From the human T2T-CHM13v2.0 reference genome, Homo sapiens, in the NCBI RefSeq assembly GCF_009914755.1, contig NC_060946.1: a stretch of 64,000 nucleotides of DNA; one strand, written 5' to 3'. The translations under genes and the position numbers were made by a program. This document shows positions 30,875 through 46,349 of the stretch, one piece after another. The notes under the pieces are model-generated. The model saw nothing but the letters and a program-made list of their open reading frames with translations, had not been told where the DNA came from and did no database searches. The stretch's first letter is position 1. Every line of letters starts with the position of its first letter.

Positions 30875-31246
30875 AATTGGCCCTTTGTATCTGTGGGTTC
30901 TGCATTAGTGGATTCAGCCAACTGTGGGTTTAAACTGTTAAAAAAAAAAAACAAAAAAAAGGATGATTGGGTCCGTACTGAACATGTACAGACTTTTTTT
31001 CTTGTCCCCCATGGTTCCCTAAACAATACAGTATAACTACATAGCATTTATGTCGTATTGGGTATTATAAATAATCTAGAGATAATTTAATATACATGGG
31101 AATATGTACATAGGATGTGCATATTATATGCCAATACTGTGCCATTTTTTATAAGGGATTTGAGCATCCATAGATTTCCTATCTGTAGGTGTGGAGTGTG
31201 TGTGCCCTGAAACCAATTCCTCATGGATACAGAGGGATGACTGTAT
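30874..31246. mobile_element. MER2 (TcMar-Tigger) non-autonomous DNA transposon, near full length
   Basis: TIR caattggccctttgtatc ... ggatacagagggatgactg-ta; internal gtactgaacatgtacagac and ccctaaacaatacagtataac. Confidence 0.8.
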
Positions 31247-31419
31247 ACTTTATGAGCCACTACCTAGGTGTGCTTTTTTTCTGCCCAATGGAGGGCTCTT
31301 TCTGCTTTGATGACCAAAGTTGGAACAAACAAACTTTATCACTAAAGGTATCATTTTGACATTTAAACAAGGCTACATGAAGCTCATTGTGAAGAAAGTT
31401 TAAAAGAATGTTCTACTGG

Positions 31420-32013
<594 letters not shown>

Positions 32014-32449
32014 GTTCTACTATATTCTAATCAACAATAGGTTATCAGCATTTATTCAGTCAATAAATTTATATTGAGGCCTACTATGCTTGAGTCATCA
32101 TAGGAGGGTAGTGTACACAAAGAAGAATGGGCCAAATCCCTGATTCAAAATTGATTAGAGGAAGAGAAACAAACAAATAGCTATTTATTATATAATAATA
32201 ATAGCCACCATTTATTAAGTGCCCACAAAAGGCTGTGTATATTTGTGAACCCAATTAATCCCAACAACAACTTTGCGTGATATTTTATAGCTGAAGAAAC
32301 AGAAGTTCAAAGACATTAAGTAGCATGTCCAAGGTTGCCCAACTAGAGAGCATCAAAATCAATATTTCAATCTAGGTCTGTCTGGCTCCAAAACTCATAC
32401 TCAATCTGTTAAATCATATATTCACCTATGTAGGGGAGAGCGTGTAAAA

Positions 32450-33582
32450 TTTCAGAAGAGAGGTAAAAACCCTATATTAGAATGACCAAATTCCACTTTC
32501 ACTCATGAAAGAGTAATGTAAGAGTTACCCTCTTGCTGTAAACAACTAGAAAACTGGGCAAAATATATGAAGCAACTGTTTTTGGACATTAGATAACAGG
32601 CACACAGGAATGGGATCCTTGACAGAAGAAAAGTGAGACCAGTCTTAAAATTGCCCTAGCTTCCTGCTAGGAGGCACCTTCCAGACCACTGGTTCAGGGA
32701 GAGAGAACCCAAGCAGAGCATGGCAGTCTTGCTGAGTCGAAGAAAGAGACTGGAGTATGGGGAATCTGAGGCAGTTGGAAACAGAATATCAGAGGGCAGG
32801 GAACTATACAGAGAAGGAGATCCAGAAATCAGCATAGGGGTTCCTTGAGTCTTTTAATATTCAGCTTTTCAGGTGTGGGTCAAAACTCCACAAGCCTGGA
32901 CAAAGAAAACTGGCAACTTAACAATTCCCAGAGCTCTCACAGGGATGGGAGATGTTCACATAATTACCAGTCAAATGGAGAGCCCTTCTCGAACACTCAG
33001 AACATTCAATAGAGACTCCAGAAGGGTTACATGTTAGCAGTAGAGCTAAACCAAACTTTTAGTAAAACCCTCCAGATTTAATCTAATAAAGTTTTAAAAT
33101 ATGCCTCAAAAGGATCAAGCTTATCTGCCTGCCAAAACAATTTTTAAGAAAGATAACAAAATTCAAACATTCAACAATGTAACATTCTTATTGTTCAGAA
33201 TCTAATAAAAGTTTCTTGATATGTAAAGCAGCAGGAAAACTGATCCATAACCTGAGGGACACCAGTCAGTAGAGGCAAGCCCAGAAATTTCAGCAATGAT
33301 AAAATTAGTAGATAAGGACTTTAAAACAGCTGTTATACCAAGTACAATGATAGCCTATGTTTACACACAAAAATGTATGCAAATGTTTACAGCAACTCTA
33401 TTCATAATCTTCAAAGTATGGAAACAATTAGGTGTTTCTTAATTAGGGAATGGATAAACTTAAGACAAAAAGGAACAAACTACTGAAACATGCAACAACA
33501 TGGGTGAGTTGCAAATGCATGATAAGTTAAAGAAGCCAGAATCAAAAGACTACATACTATTTGATTCTATTTGTACAACATT
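32450..33582 (+). mobile_element. Old L1M element (5' region and 3' end), resumes at ~42521
   Basis: gcaaatgtttacagcaactctattcataat, agaagccaga.tcaaaagactacatact continues at 42521 with ttctggcaaaggcaaaactatagg. Confidence 0.65.
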
Positions 33583-33904
33583 TTTTCTGTTTTTAATAGC
33601 TTGAAATGTAATTTATTTACCATGCAATTCACTCATTTAAAATGTACAACTTAATGGTTTTTAGTTATAGTCACAGAGATTTGCAACCATCACTACAGTC
33701 AAAATTTTAGAAGATTTTCATCACCTGAAAAAAACCCGTATTCTTTAGCTTTCACCTTCCTGTCTTATTTCTCCTCTCCCCCAGTCCTAAATAATCATTA
33801 ATCTATTTTCTGTCTCCAGATTCGCCTATTATGATATATTTCAAATAAATGAAGTCATATACTATGATGAATTTTGTGACTGACCTCTTTCACTTAACAT
33901 TGTG

Positions 33905-35004
33905 TTTTCTTTTCTTCTTCTTTTTTTTTTTCCACAAATAGGGCTTTTAATTTGACACTATTAAAAGTCTGAATGTTAAACAGATTCGTGGACCGATGGT
34001 TCATATCCATCAGCTCATTCAATTTTAGCACCTTTCTCATCCTTGGTAGCTTTTTCAAAACTACTACCTTCACCATGAAGCTACATGAGTTTTCCCAATT
34101 CAAACTTGGGCTTCTTTATTTTTACTTTCCTAATGAAGACACCATGGAGAGGATAAACAGATAGGCAAGCCTTTTCTATGTCTTTTCCAGTGCTGTCTGG
34201 AATCAATTTATTGACCACTTCTTTCAAGTCATTTGTCTGCACCTCTTGGGTCATGATTTCCATCATCTTCTTCTGGATTTGGCAGACCTGTTAGTGTCAA
34301 TTGTAAGAAGTCTTCCATGTGTAATTGTTGCATTTTTTAGTAAAATCAACACAAAACAGACAAAGTAAATAATCATTGGTAGTCTTGACATCAATGTGAA
34401 CTTAAATCATGGTCTGCTATTTTTTAGCCATGGAACACATTTTGTCACAGATAAGATCCATGCCATGGAAATTAATCAGGCATTTTTGCCCTGAACATCT
34501 TCAGTATCAGCTTGAATTTTCTAAATGCAACTTCATCATTCTGCACATCAGACAAACTCACTTCAAACACATGACCCTTGAGGCCATCAGATGCAATTTT
34601 GATTCCTTGAGTCCTGGCGATGAGTGTCTTTCCCATAGTTATTATACTGAACATAGCAGGTGCTTTCACATCATACCAATCTTTCTTAGAAAATGGGTCA
34701 AGGTATTTGAGCCCAGGAGGTCAAGGCTGCAGTGAGCTGTTGATCACACCACTGCACTGCAACCAGGGCTACAGAGCAAGACCCTGTTTCAAAAAAGGAA
34801 GGAAGGAAGGGAGGGAGGGAGGGAGGGGGAATGGAAAGAAGGAAAGGAAGAGACAGAGAGAAATAAAAAATGAAAGAAAGAAAAGAAGGAGGGAGAGAAA
34901 GAAAGAAATAAAATGGATCAACCACTTTCTTCTTGGCTTGCTTTTGCCACCTTTCATAAAGTGCTTGTTCTTGCCAACTACCATGTGCTTTTCAGCCAAA
35001 AGGG
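33905..35004 (-). pseudogene. Processed pseudogene of 40S ribosomal protein S3a (RPS3A), interrupted by an Alu fragment
   Basis: Former CDS 34984->33976: [62 protein letters not shown], ..ESV*. Stops (e.g. 34417-34419, 34402-34404) and frameshifts present. ATTAAA at 33946-33951, poly(A) remnant 33905-33931, degenerate TSD aacattgtgttttc/agcatcatgttttc. Confidence 0.96.
34702..34909 (+). mobile_element. 5'-truncated AluJ right arm with (GGAA/GAAA)n tail inside the RPS3A pseudogene
   Basis: gaggtcaaggctgcagtgagc..agaccctgt; 12-bp TSD aaaatgg(g/a)tcaa at 34690-34701 and 34910-34921. Confidence 0.9.
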
Positions 35005-35545
35005 CAGCATCATGTTTTCAAAGTTCATCCATGTATGGCATGTGTCATTACTTCATCCCTTTTTATGGCTGAATAATACTCCATTGTACGGATACACCAC
35101 ATTTTGTCTATCCATGTATTAGTGATGGGCATTTGGGTTCTTTCAACCTTTTGGCTATTGTGAATAATGCTGCTATAAACATTTGTATATAAGTTCTTTT
35201 TGAGTATCTATTTTTAATTTTCTTGGATATATACCTAGGAATAGAATTGCTGGGTCATATGTGTTTAATCATTTGGAGAACTCCAAAATTCTTCCAAAGT
35301 GGCTGTACCATTTTACATTCCCAACATCAGTGTATGAGGGTTCCAATTTCTCCACATCCTTACCAGCACTTGGTATTGTCTCACTTTTTGATTCTAGCCA
35401 TCCTAGTGGGTGCAAAGTAAGTGGTACCTCATTGTGGTTTTAATTTGTATTTCTCTAATGACTAATGATGTCAAGCATCTTTTCATGTGCTTCTTATCCA
35501 TTTATATATATTCCTTGGAGACATGTATATTCGGATCTTTTGCCC

Positions 35546-35770
35546 ATTTTTTTTTTTTTTTGAGACAGAGTCTTGCTCTGTTGCCTAGGCAACAGAGAAG
35601 CTGGGACCATAGGTGTGCACCGCCATGCCTGGGTAATTTTTAAAATATTTTTGTGGAGATGGGGTCTCGCCATGTTTCCTGGGCTGGTCTCGAACTCCTG
35701 GAGTCAAGCATTCCTCTCACCTTGGCCCCCTAAAATGCAAGAATTACAGGTATGAGCCTCTGCATCCAGC
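35546..35770 (-). mobile_element. AluJ with internal deletion
   Basis: Most of right arm missing; TSD tttgcccatttt. Confidence 0.85.
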
Positions 35771-36156
35771 TTCCTTTGCCCATTTTAAAAACGGTCATTT
35801 GTCCTTTTATTACTGAGGTGTAAGAGTTCTTTATATATTCTGGGTAGATTCCTTACCAGATATACAATTTATAAATATTGTCTTCCATTCCATTTTCATT
35901 TATTTGGATTTTCTTTAATTTCTTTCAGCCATGTTTTGTGGTTTTTAGATTATAAATTTTGTATTTATTTTGTTAAATTTATTCATGAGCATTCTTTTCA
36001 TACTGTTCATAATAGTATGTGAATAGTATGTGAACTGCACAATAGCATGAAAAGAATAAAATACTTGGGAATAAATTTTCATCTTTGTATTATTCATTGC
36101 AGGTATATAGAAATACTTTTGAATTTTGTATACTGATTTTGTATTCTACAACCTTG

Positions 36157-36554
36157 GTAGGATAGTTAATTTTATGTGTCAACTTGGAGGGTGCTACTGG
36201 ATGAAATTAACATTTAAATCAGTAAACTTTAAGTTAAGCAGGTTGCTTTGAGTAAAGTAAAACTAACACTCCATGATGTGTGTGGATCTCATTGAATTTG
36301 TTGAAGGCCTGAATAGAACAAAAAGACTGGCCTCCCTGAGCGGGAGGGAATGCTCCAGCAGATTGCCTTAGACTTCATCTGCACCATTGACTCTCCTGGG
36401 TCTCTAGCCTGTTGGCCTTCAGACTGGAACCGCATCATCAACTTTCCTGGGTCTCATGCCTGCTGGTTCACACTGTAGATATTGGACTTGCCAGCCTCCA
36501 TAATTGGATAAGCCAATTCTTTATAATAAATGTGTTTATATATATATATGAACT

Positions 36555-36591
<37 letters not shown>

Positions 36592-36720
36592 TCTGTCTCT
36601 CTCTCTCTACATACATATATATATATAAATAACCTGTCTCTCTCTCTACATATATATATACTTATATATATATTTTTTCATCCTACTAGTTCTGTTTCTC
36701 TAGAGAACCCTGACTGATAC
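36157..36720 (+). mobile_element. MLT2 (ERVL) solo LTR with internal (TA)n/(TC)n
   Basis: gttaattttatgtgtcaacttg start, aggcctgaatagaacaaaaag, ttctgtttctctagagaaccctgactgatac end. Confidence 0.85.
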
Positions 36721-37384
36721 GCTTGCTGAACTCGTTGAATAGTTCTAATAGTTTTTTTTAGAAGATTCCTGATTACTTTCTATATCCTAATTTTTTTAGA
36801 GGATTCCTGAGGATTTTCTATATACAAAAGCATGCCATCTGCAAATAGATATAGTTTCACTTCTTCCTTTCTAATCTGGATGCCTTTTATTTCCTTTTCT
36901 TATCTAATTGCCCTGGCTAGAACCTCCATTACAATGTTGAATAGAAGTGAAGAGACGTCCTTGTCTTGTTCCTAATCTTAGAGAAGCATCTAATTTTTCA
37001 TCATTAGGTATGGGTTTTTGTTTTAGGTGCCCTTTGTTATGTTGAAGAAGTTCCCTTCTTAGTCTGCTGAGTGTTTTTTTAATCATGGAAGGGTGTTGGA
37101 TTTTGTCAAATGCTTTTCCTGCATCTCTTGAAATGATCATGTGATTTTTGCTTTTTATTCTTTTGATATAATGTATTACATTAGCTGATTTTCAGATATT
37201 AACCCAAGCTTGCATTCCTGAGATAGATCCCCCTTTATCATTGTGTGTACGTGTATCTGTGTGTGTGTGTGTGTGTATTTATATTGCTAGATGTTTTCCT
37301 AGTATTTTGTTGAGGATTTTTGTGTCTAATGCATGAGAGATATTGATCTGTAGTTTTCTTGTGTTGCCTTTGGTTTTGGTGTCA

Positions 37385-37629
<245 letters not shown>

Positions 37630-38236
37630 CTACTTTTTGGAAGAGTTTGTGAAGAGTTAGTATTAATTCTTCTTTAAATGTTTGGTAGAGTTTAGTGGTG
37701 AAGCTATCTGTGACTGGGCTTTTCTTTTTGTGGATAGTTTTAAAAATTGTTAATTCAAGGTCTTCACTTGTTATAGATATATTCATATTTTCAATTTCTT
37801 CTTGAGTCAGTTTTGGTATTTTGTGTAATTTAGGCAATTTCCATTTCATCTAAGTTATCTAATTTATTGACATATTATTGTTCATAGTATTCTGTTATAA
37901 TGCTTTTTATTTTTGTAAGGTCAGCAGTAATATCTGGTCTTTTATTTCCAATTCTGGTAATTTTAGTCTTTTATTTACTTGGTCAAGCTGGCTAAAGGTT
38001 TGTCAATTTTGTTGATCTTTCAAAGAATCAGGCTTTGGATTCACTGATTGTCACTATTTTTTAATTCTCCATATCATAAATGTCTACACTAATCTGTATT
38101 ATTTCCTTCCTGTGCTTGCTTTAGGTTTAGTTTGCACTTTTTCCAGTGTCTTAAGGTGGAAAGTTAGGTTATTTGAGATCTCCTTTCTTAATATAGGCAT
38201 TTACAGTTGTAAATTTTCCTCTAAGCAATGCTTTAG

Positions 38237-38590
<354 letters not shown>

Positions 38591-38659
38591 CTGATTTCCC
38601 TTTTGATTTATTCTTTGATCCATTGGTTATTAGGAGTATGTTGTTTAATTTCCACATAC

Positions 38660-39195
<536 letters not shown>

Positions 39196-39267
39196 GAACA
39201 TACTTTTTATTATTTCTATCCTTTTACATTTGTTGAGGTTTGTTTTGTGCCTTAACATACGGTTTAC

Positions 39268-39608
<341 letters not shown>

Positions 39609-41018
39609 TTATGCTGGAGAATATTCCATGTGCACTTGAGAAGACTGTATATTCTGCTGTTACTGGGTATAGTGTTCTATATATATATATCTGTTAGGTC
39701 TAGTTAGTTTAGACTGTTGTTCAGATATTCTGCCTAATTGTCCTATTCATTACTGAAGTTCAGGTATTGAAGTCTGACGCTATTATTGTTGAATTGTCTG
39801 TTTCTTTCTTGATCAGTTTTTCTTCATATTTTTTGTGTTCTAACATTAGGTGCATATATTTATATTTATTTTATTTTATTGACAGGTTGATCCTTTTATT
39901 ATCCCCAAATGCCCCTTATTATCTCCAGTTACAACCTCTGCCTTTTGATGGGTTTGCTTAATCCATTCATGTTTAATGTTACTATTGATATATTTGGTTT
40001 ATGACAGTCATTTTACTTTTTATTTCTATGTGTTTTATATGTGTTTATTGTACCTCTATTCCTCCTTGACTTGTTTTCCTTGCACTGAGTGAATGAAGCA
40101 TTTTAATTTCTTTAATTTTTTTCACTATTTTTTTGAATTTCTTTAGTAGTTGCACTAGGGCTTATCATGCACATCCTAACTTATCAGAATCAGTTTCAGG
40201 TTTATGCTAGCTTAATTCCAGTGAGACATGGCAATGTTATCCTTATGTAGTCTCTTTTGTCCCTTTTTGGTATTTTTTTTATGTATTACATCTATTAATG
40301 GTACAAGATCAACAATTATTGTTTAATTGGTACTTTATCATCTGTAGCTATTTCCTTGCCCAAACAGCTTTTCTCCTACTCAGCTTCTTTGTGCTATTAT
40401 TGGCAAATATACTACATTTGTTGAAGTTTTAGGTCAAACAATATACCATATGCATATTATTTTACACAACTTACTATATAAAATTTAGTTTATTTAAGAG
40501 AAGAAAGGAGAAAAATGTGCATTTACATTGCCTTTTATAATTGCATTATAAGAGCATCTTTACTGATGCTCTTTGTTTTCTCAAGTCGGTTTGAATTATT
40601 GTGTGTGATAATTTTCAGCCTGAATAATTTTCTTTAGTATTTCCTGTAAGATGAATCTGCTAGCAAAATTCTCTCAGTTTTTGTTTATCTGGAAGTGTTT
40701 TTATCTTACCTTTGTTTTTTAAAGATATCTTTGCTGAACAAAGAATTCTTGGCTGACAGTTTTTTTTTCCTTTGAGCACTTTGAATATGTTGTCTTACTA
40801 CCTCACTGGCCCCCATTGTTCCTGCTGAGAGATCAGCTGTTTTCGTTATAGGGGTTCCTTTGTTAGCAATGAGTCATTTTTCTCTTGTTGTTTTTAAGAT
40901 TTTCTCCATGTCTTTGGTTTTCAGCATTTTTACTATGATATGTCTATTTGTGGATCTTTTTCTTACTCAGAAGTGCAGCCTTAGGTATGCCCCACAGTCA
41001 CCCTGGGATAATGATGGT

Positions 41019-41405
41019 TGATATGCCTTGGATATTTGTCCTGCCCAATCCTCATGTTGAAATGTAACTGGAGGTGGGGCCTGATGGGAGGTGTTTGGGT
41101 CATGGGTGCAGATCCCTCATGGCTTTGTGCTGTCCTTGTAATGGTGAGTTCTTGCAAGATCTGGTTGTTTAAAAGTGTGTGGCACTTCTGTGCTCTCTGT
41201 TGCTCCCACTCTTGCCATGTGAGACACCTGCTCCCCCTTTGCCTTCTGCCATGATTGTAAACTTCCTGAGGCCCTCACCAGAAGCTGATGCCAGTGCTAT
41301 GCTTTCTGTACAGCCTACAGAACCATGAGCCAATTAAACCTCTTTTCTTATAAATTACCAAGCCTCAGATATTTCTTTGTACCAACACAAGAACAGCCTA
41401 ATACA
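41019..41405 (+). mobile_element. MST (ERVL-MaLR) solo LTR
   Basis: TG..CA termini (tgatatg..aataca), catgattgtaaacttcctgaggcc, agaaccatgagccaattaaacctcttttc; TSD-like atggt/gcggt. Confidence 0.88.
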
Positions 41406-43511
41406 GCGGTTTCATCTGGGCTTTCTTTGGCCAATTCTTTCCCTGCCCAGTTATTAAACACAACTAATTGCTGGTGATTGCTCCATTATTTTCATCAGTG
41501 TCCCAGGCATATATTACTCTACAGTTTAATCAAATCAAATTTGGACTTCTTTAAAGGGATAGTTACTGAGGTTCCAGTGTTTGAAATTTGTTCTGACCAC
41601 AGGAGGACTTCTCTCAGTTATCTATTTCCTGATTCTCTCCTGAAAACTGGCCAGCCTACAGTTTAGCAAATACCTGTAATGAATCTACCAATCTCCTTCC
41701 AATTGCCTTTTGATACAACCTCCATTGTATTTGAGCATGTCCTTATCCTTGAACTTCTTCATGCTCTGTTGCAATAAAGTCACTGTCTTTGGAAAGAGAT
41801 TAGGAGCTATTTTATGCACTGCTTCTCCCCTTGGAAAAATATCTGAGCCACAGCTCTGGAGCTAGGTACGGGGACAACGGTGTGCTTATCTCTCAGTGAC
41901 ACGCAGCTTTAGGAGCTGATGGCCGAGTGGAGGGGGGACAGTAGACTCAGATCTTCTCAGCTTGCCTCTCCCAGCATAGAACCACGACCTTACAAGCCAG
42001 GGCAAGGGTGATTGAGACCTCAGCATTCTCGGTGGTACAGTACCCTAGGCAGAACTTCCATTTCACCAGTGAGGCTGGAAGTATAGTGGTACTGTATCCT
42101 ACACAAAACTTCCATCTCACCATGAGCCCCCACCTCATGGCCATACTCAACATAGAATTTAGCAATAGCTGGAGGCAAGAAGAAAAATACTAACGTTCTT
42201 TTCCTCCCATGAAGATAGCCCTCAGATTGGGAGCTTGGGAGAGAGGGAGGCTTGTGTTCTTGGCTATCCCAATCTATAATGGAATGGAGTGGAATGTAAC
42301 TGAGCTGGGAGGGTGGAGGAAATGGTCTTGGTTCAAATACCACCAACTTTTGTTGTTCTTGGCAAATTTTAGAAGATATTCTTGAACGGAGGCTTCTTCA
42401 ATTACTGTATGCCTTTAGGTATAACAGAGACTTCAATTTTTAAAAATAGTTTTTAGCAGTTTTGCTGGAGAGCTGGTCTGTGGAGCTCCTCACACTGACA
42501 TGTGGGAAATTGATCTCTTACACAATATTCTGGCAAAGGCAAAACTATAGGCACAGAAAAAAATCAGTAGTTGCCAGGGCTGAGTGTGAGGTTTAACTAC
42601 AAAGGGACATGGAGGAATTTTGGGGCTGATGAAACTGGTTGTGTATACATTTGTCAAAATTCACAGAACTGTACATTATAAAGAACAATTTTACTGCATG
42701 TAAATTGTACCTCAATAAAATAAAAGGGGAAAAGCTATTATAAATATGCTCAAATATTTAAAGGAAAACATCAATATAATGAAGAGAAAAATGGAAGGAG
42801 TTTTTGAAAAGGTCCAAATAGACCCTAGAGCTGAAAAATACCATATCTGAAATTTTAAAATATCACTGGATGGGTTTAACAGCAGATTAGAAGCTATAAA
42901 AAAATAGGTCAGTGAACTTGAAGTAGAATATAGAAGTCACTCAAATTGAAACATAATGAAAAAACAAAATGAAAAGAATAGGGCCTCAGTGACTTATGTG
43001 ACAACATCAAACAGTCTAAGCTGTGTGTAATTGAAATTCCAGAAATTTGGTGGGATTTTAAATGATAATGTCTGTAAATGTTACAAACTGATGAATTATA
43101 TCAAATAATCAAGGAAGAAATAATACTAATTTTGAACAAATTCTTTAAGAATATAGAGGAGAAGGCTTCACAACTCATTTTATGAGGCCAGAATTACCCT
43201 GATACTAAAACTGAAGACACTCCAAGAAAACAAAACTATGGACCACAATATCTCTCATGACTATGGCTGCAAATGTCCTTAACAAAATAGTAGAAAATTG
43301 AATCCAGCAATATATGGAAAGGATAATGTGTCATGACTAATGTGGTCTATCCCAGGAATGCATGGTTGGTTTAAAAAGTGAAAATTAGTCCATGTAATTC
43401 CCCATGTTACAGAATGAAGGAGAAGAACCACATGATCATCTCTATAGATGCAGAAAAAAAGTATTCAACAAAATTCAACATCCATTTGTGACTTGAAAAT
43501 ATGAAAGCTTT

Positions 43512-43887
<376 letters not shown>

Positions 43888-45127
43888 CTAAAGGTGACAT
43901 TATACTTAATGGTGAAAGATTAAACACTTTGCACCTAAGACAGGGAATAAGACTCTTACCACTTATAGTCAACATCATACTAGAGGTCCCACCAGCTAAT
44001 TAAGGTAGGAATAAGAAATAAAGGTATATAGATTGGAAAGGAAGAAGTAAAACTTAAACTTTTTTGAGAATGACATGACTGTATAATAGAAAATCCTAAG
44101 AAATCTACAAGAAAGACACCACCAGAACTAATATATAATACATGAATTTATCAAGGTCACAGATTAATACATAGAAATTTATTGTATTTCTCTATATTAT
44201 AAATGAAAAACTGGAAATGAAATTTCTAAATACCATTTACAATACTATAAAAATTTATGAAATACTTAGGGCTAAATTAATAAGACATATGCCAAGATGT
44301 GTACAATGAAAACTACAAAATGTTGCTGAGAGAAATTAACGAAGACTTAAATAAATGCAGATATGTACCATATTCATGGATTGGAAGACTCAAGTGAGAT
44401 GTTAATTTTCCCCAAATTGATCTATACATTCAATGCAATCCCAATCAAAACTTTACAGCCTTTACAAGTTGATTCTAAAATTTAAGTGGAAATGGAATGA
44501 AACTAGAAAAGTCATAAAATTTTTGAAAAAGAACAAGGAGAACTTTATCAGATTTCAAGACATTGTGCTAAGGATAGACATATAGATCAGTGGAACAGAA
44601 TGGAGAGTTCAGAAGTAGACCCACACGTATGTAGTCAATAATTTTTTATAAAGGTATCAAGGTAAAAGGTGGGGTTTTTTTTTAACTAGTAGTACTGGAA
44701 CAACTGGATAGTCATATGGAAAAAAAAATGAACCTCAATCCTTACCTCACATTGTACACAAGATTGACTATAAATAGATTAAAGACCTACACATAAGAGC
44801 TAAAATTATAAAACATCTGGACGGAAACATGGGATAAAACTTTCAGGAAAAACTTCTTAGGCGGTTCCCTAAAAGTACTAACCATAAAAGAAAAAAATAC
44901 TGATAAGCAGGACTTCATCATAATAAAAAAACTTCTCTCCCAAAGACATTATTAAGAAAATGAAAAGGCAAGCCAAAAACTGGGAAAAAATATTCTTAAT
45001 ACCTATATCTGACAAAGAACTTGTATTTAGACTACATTTAAAAAAATCTACAACATAATAATAAGACAACTCCATTTTTAAAAATATCAAGAATTTGAAG
45101 ACATATCACAGGAAAATATGTATTAAT

Positions 45128-45216
45128 GGGCTGGGCGTGGTGGCTCACATCTGTAATTCCAGCACTTTGGGAGGCCCTGGTGGAAGGATTACTTGAGCCC
45201 AGTAGTTCAAGACCAG
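45128..45216 (+). mobile_element. Alu left-arm fragment
   Basis: ggctgggcgtggtggctcac..ttcaagaccag then abrupt return to L1. Confidence 0.8.
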
Positions 45217-46023
45217 TGCATTGGAAAATATTTTATCAAATTCCTATAAACATATACTTACTATATGATGCAGAAATTTTCACTCCTAGGTATTTACCCA
45301 AGGGAAATAAAGGTGTACAGTCACAAAAAGACCTGTACATTAATGTTCATAGCAGCTTTATTCATAATAGTTCCAAACTGGAATTAACCCGCGTGTCCAT
45401 CAATAGGTGAAAGGATCAGCAAATTGTGGTATCTTTGTACAGTGAATTATTACTAGCAATAAAAAAGAACAAACAAATGATACATGCAAAACTGTTAATG
45501 AATATTTAAAAGTCAAAAAATTCAGACACATCAACACCTGTGAAAAGAAAGGGAAAGAAAAAGAAAAAAACTTAGATGCAAAAGACTAAATACCGTATAA
45601 TTTCATTTACATGAAAATCTGGAGGAAGCAAACTAACTTTATAATGAATGGAAACAAATAAGTGTTTGCCTGGTGTGGGGGTGGAATTTAGTGCAAAGAG
45701 GCATAGAGGAACTTTTTTTAGGGTGATGAGATGTTTTATATCTTGATTGTGGTGGTTGTTTCAAGGATATATACATTTATCAAAATGCAAAGAAAACATC
45801 CAAAAATAGGTGCATTTTTTACATTCTATTTCATGTAAAGTTTGCCTTATTACAGTTGAATTTTAAAAAGCAGTGATCCATAGTGTTAATCAGCAAAGTC
45901 CTATTGATAATTGTCTCAAATTGGAAACAACCTACATGTCCCTCAGTGAAGTATTAGTTCAGTAAATTTTGGAAGAACAATAAAATGAAGTACTGTGTAT
46001 TCCTTAAAAACATATTAGACAGG

Positions 46024-46290
46024 CGCCAGGCACGGTGGCTCACACCTGTAATCCCAGCACTTTGGGAGGCCGAGACGGGCAGATCACGAGGTCAGGAGAT
46101 CAAGACCATCCTGGCTAACACGGTGAAACCCCGTCTCTACTAAAAATACAAAAAAGTTAGCCGGGCGTGGTGACGGGTGCCTGTAGTCCCAACTACTTGG
46201 GAGGCTGAGGCAGAGCTTGCAGTGAGCTGAGATAGTGCCACTGCACTCCAGCCTGGGTGACAGAGCGAGACTCCGTCTCGAAAAAAAAAA
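46024..46290 (+). mobile_element. AluY with short internal deletion
   Basis: cctggctaacacggtg, agcttgcagtgagc; TSD attagaca. Confidence 0.9.
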
Positions 46291-46349
46291 TTAGACAAAA
46301 TAATTGACCCAGAGAAAATATTTGTACTATTTTGCTATGTGAAGGAAAA

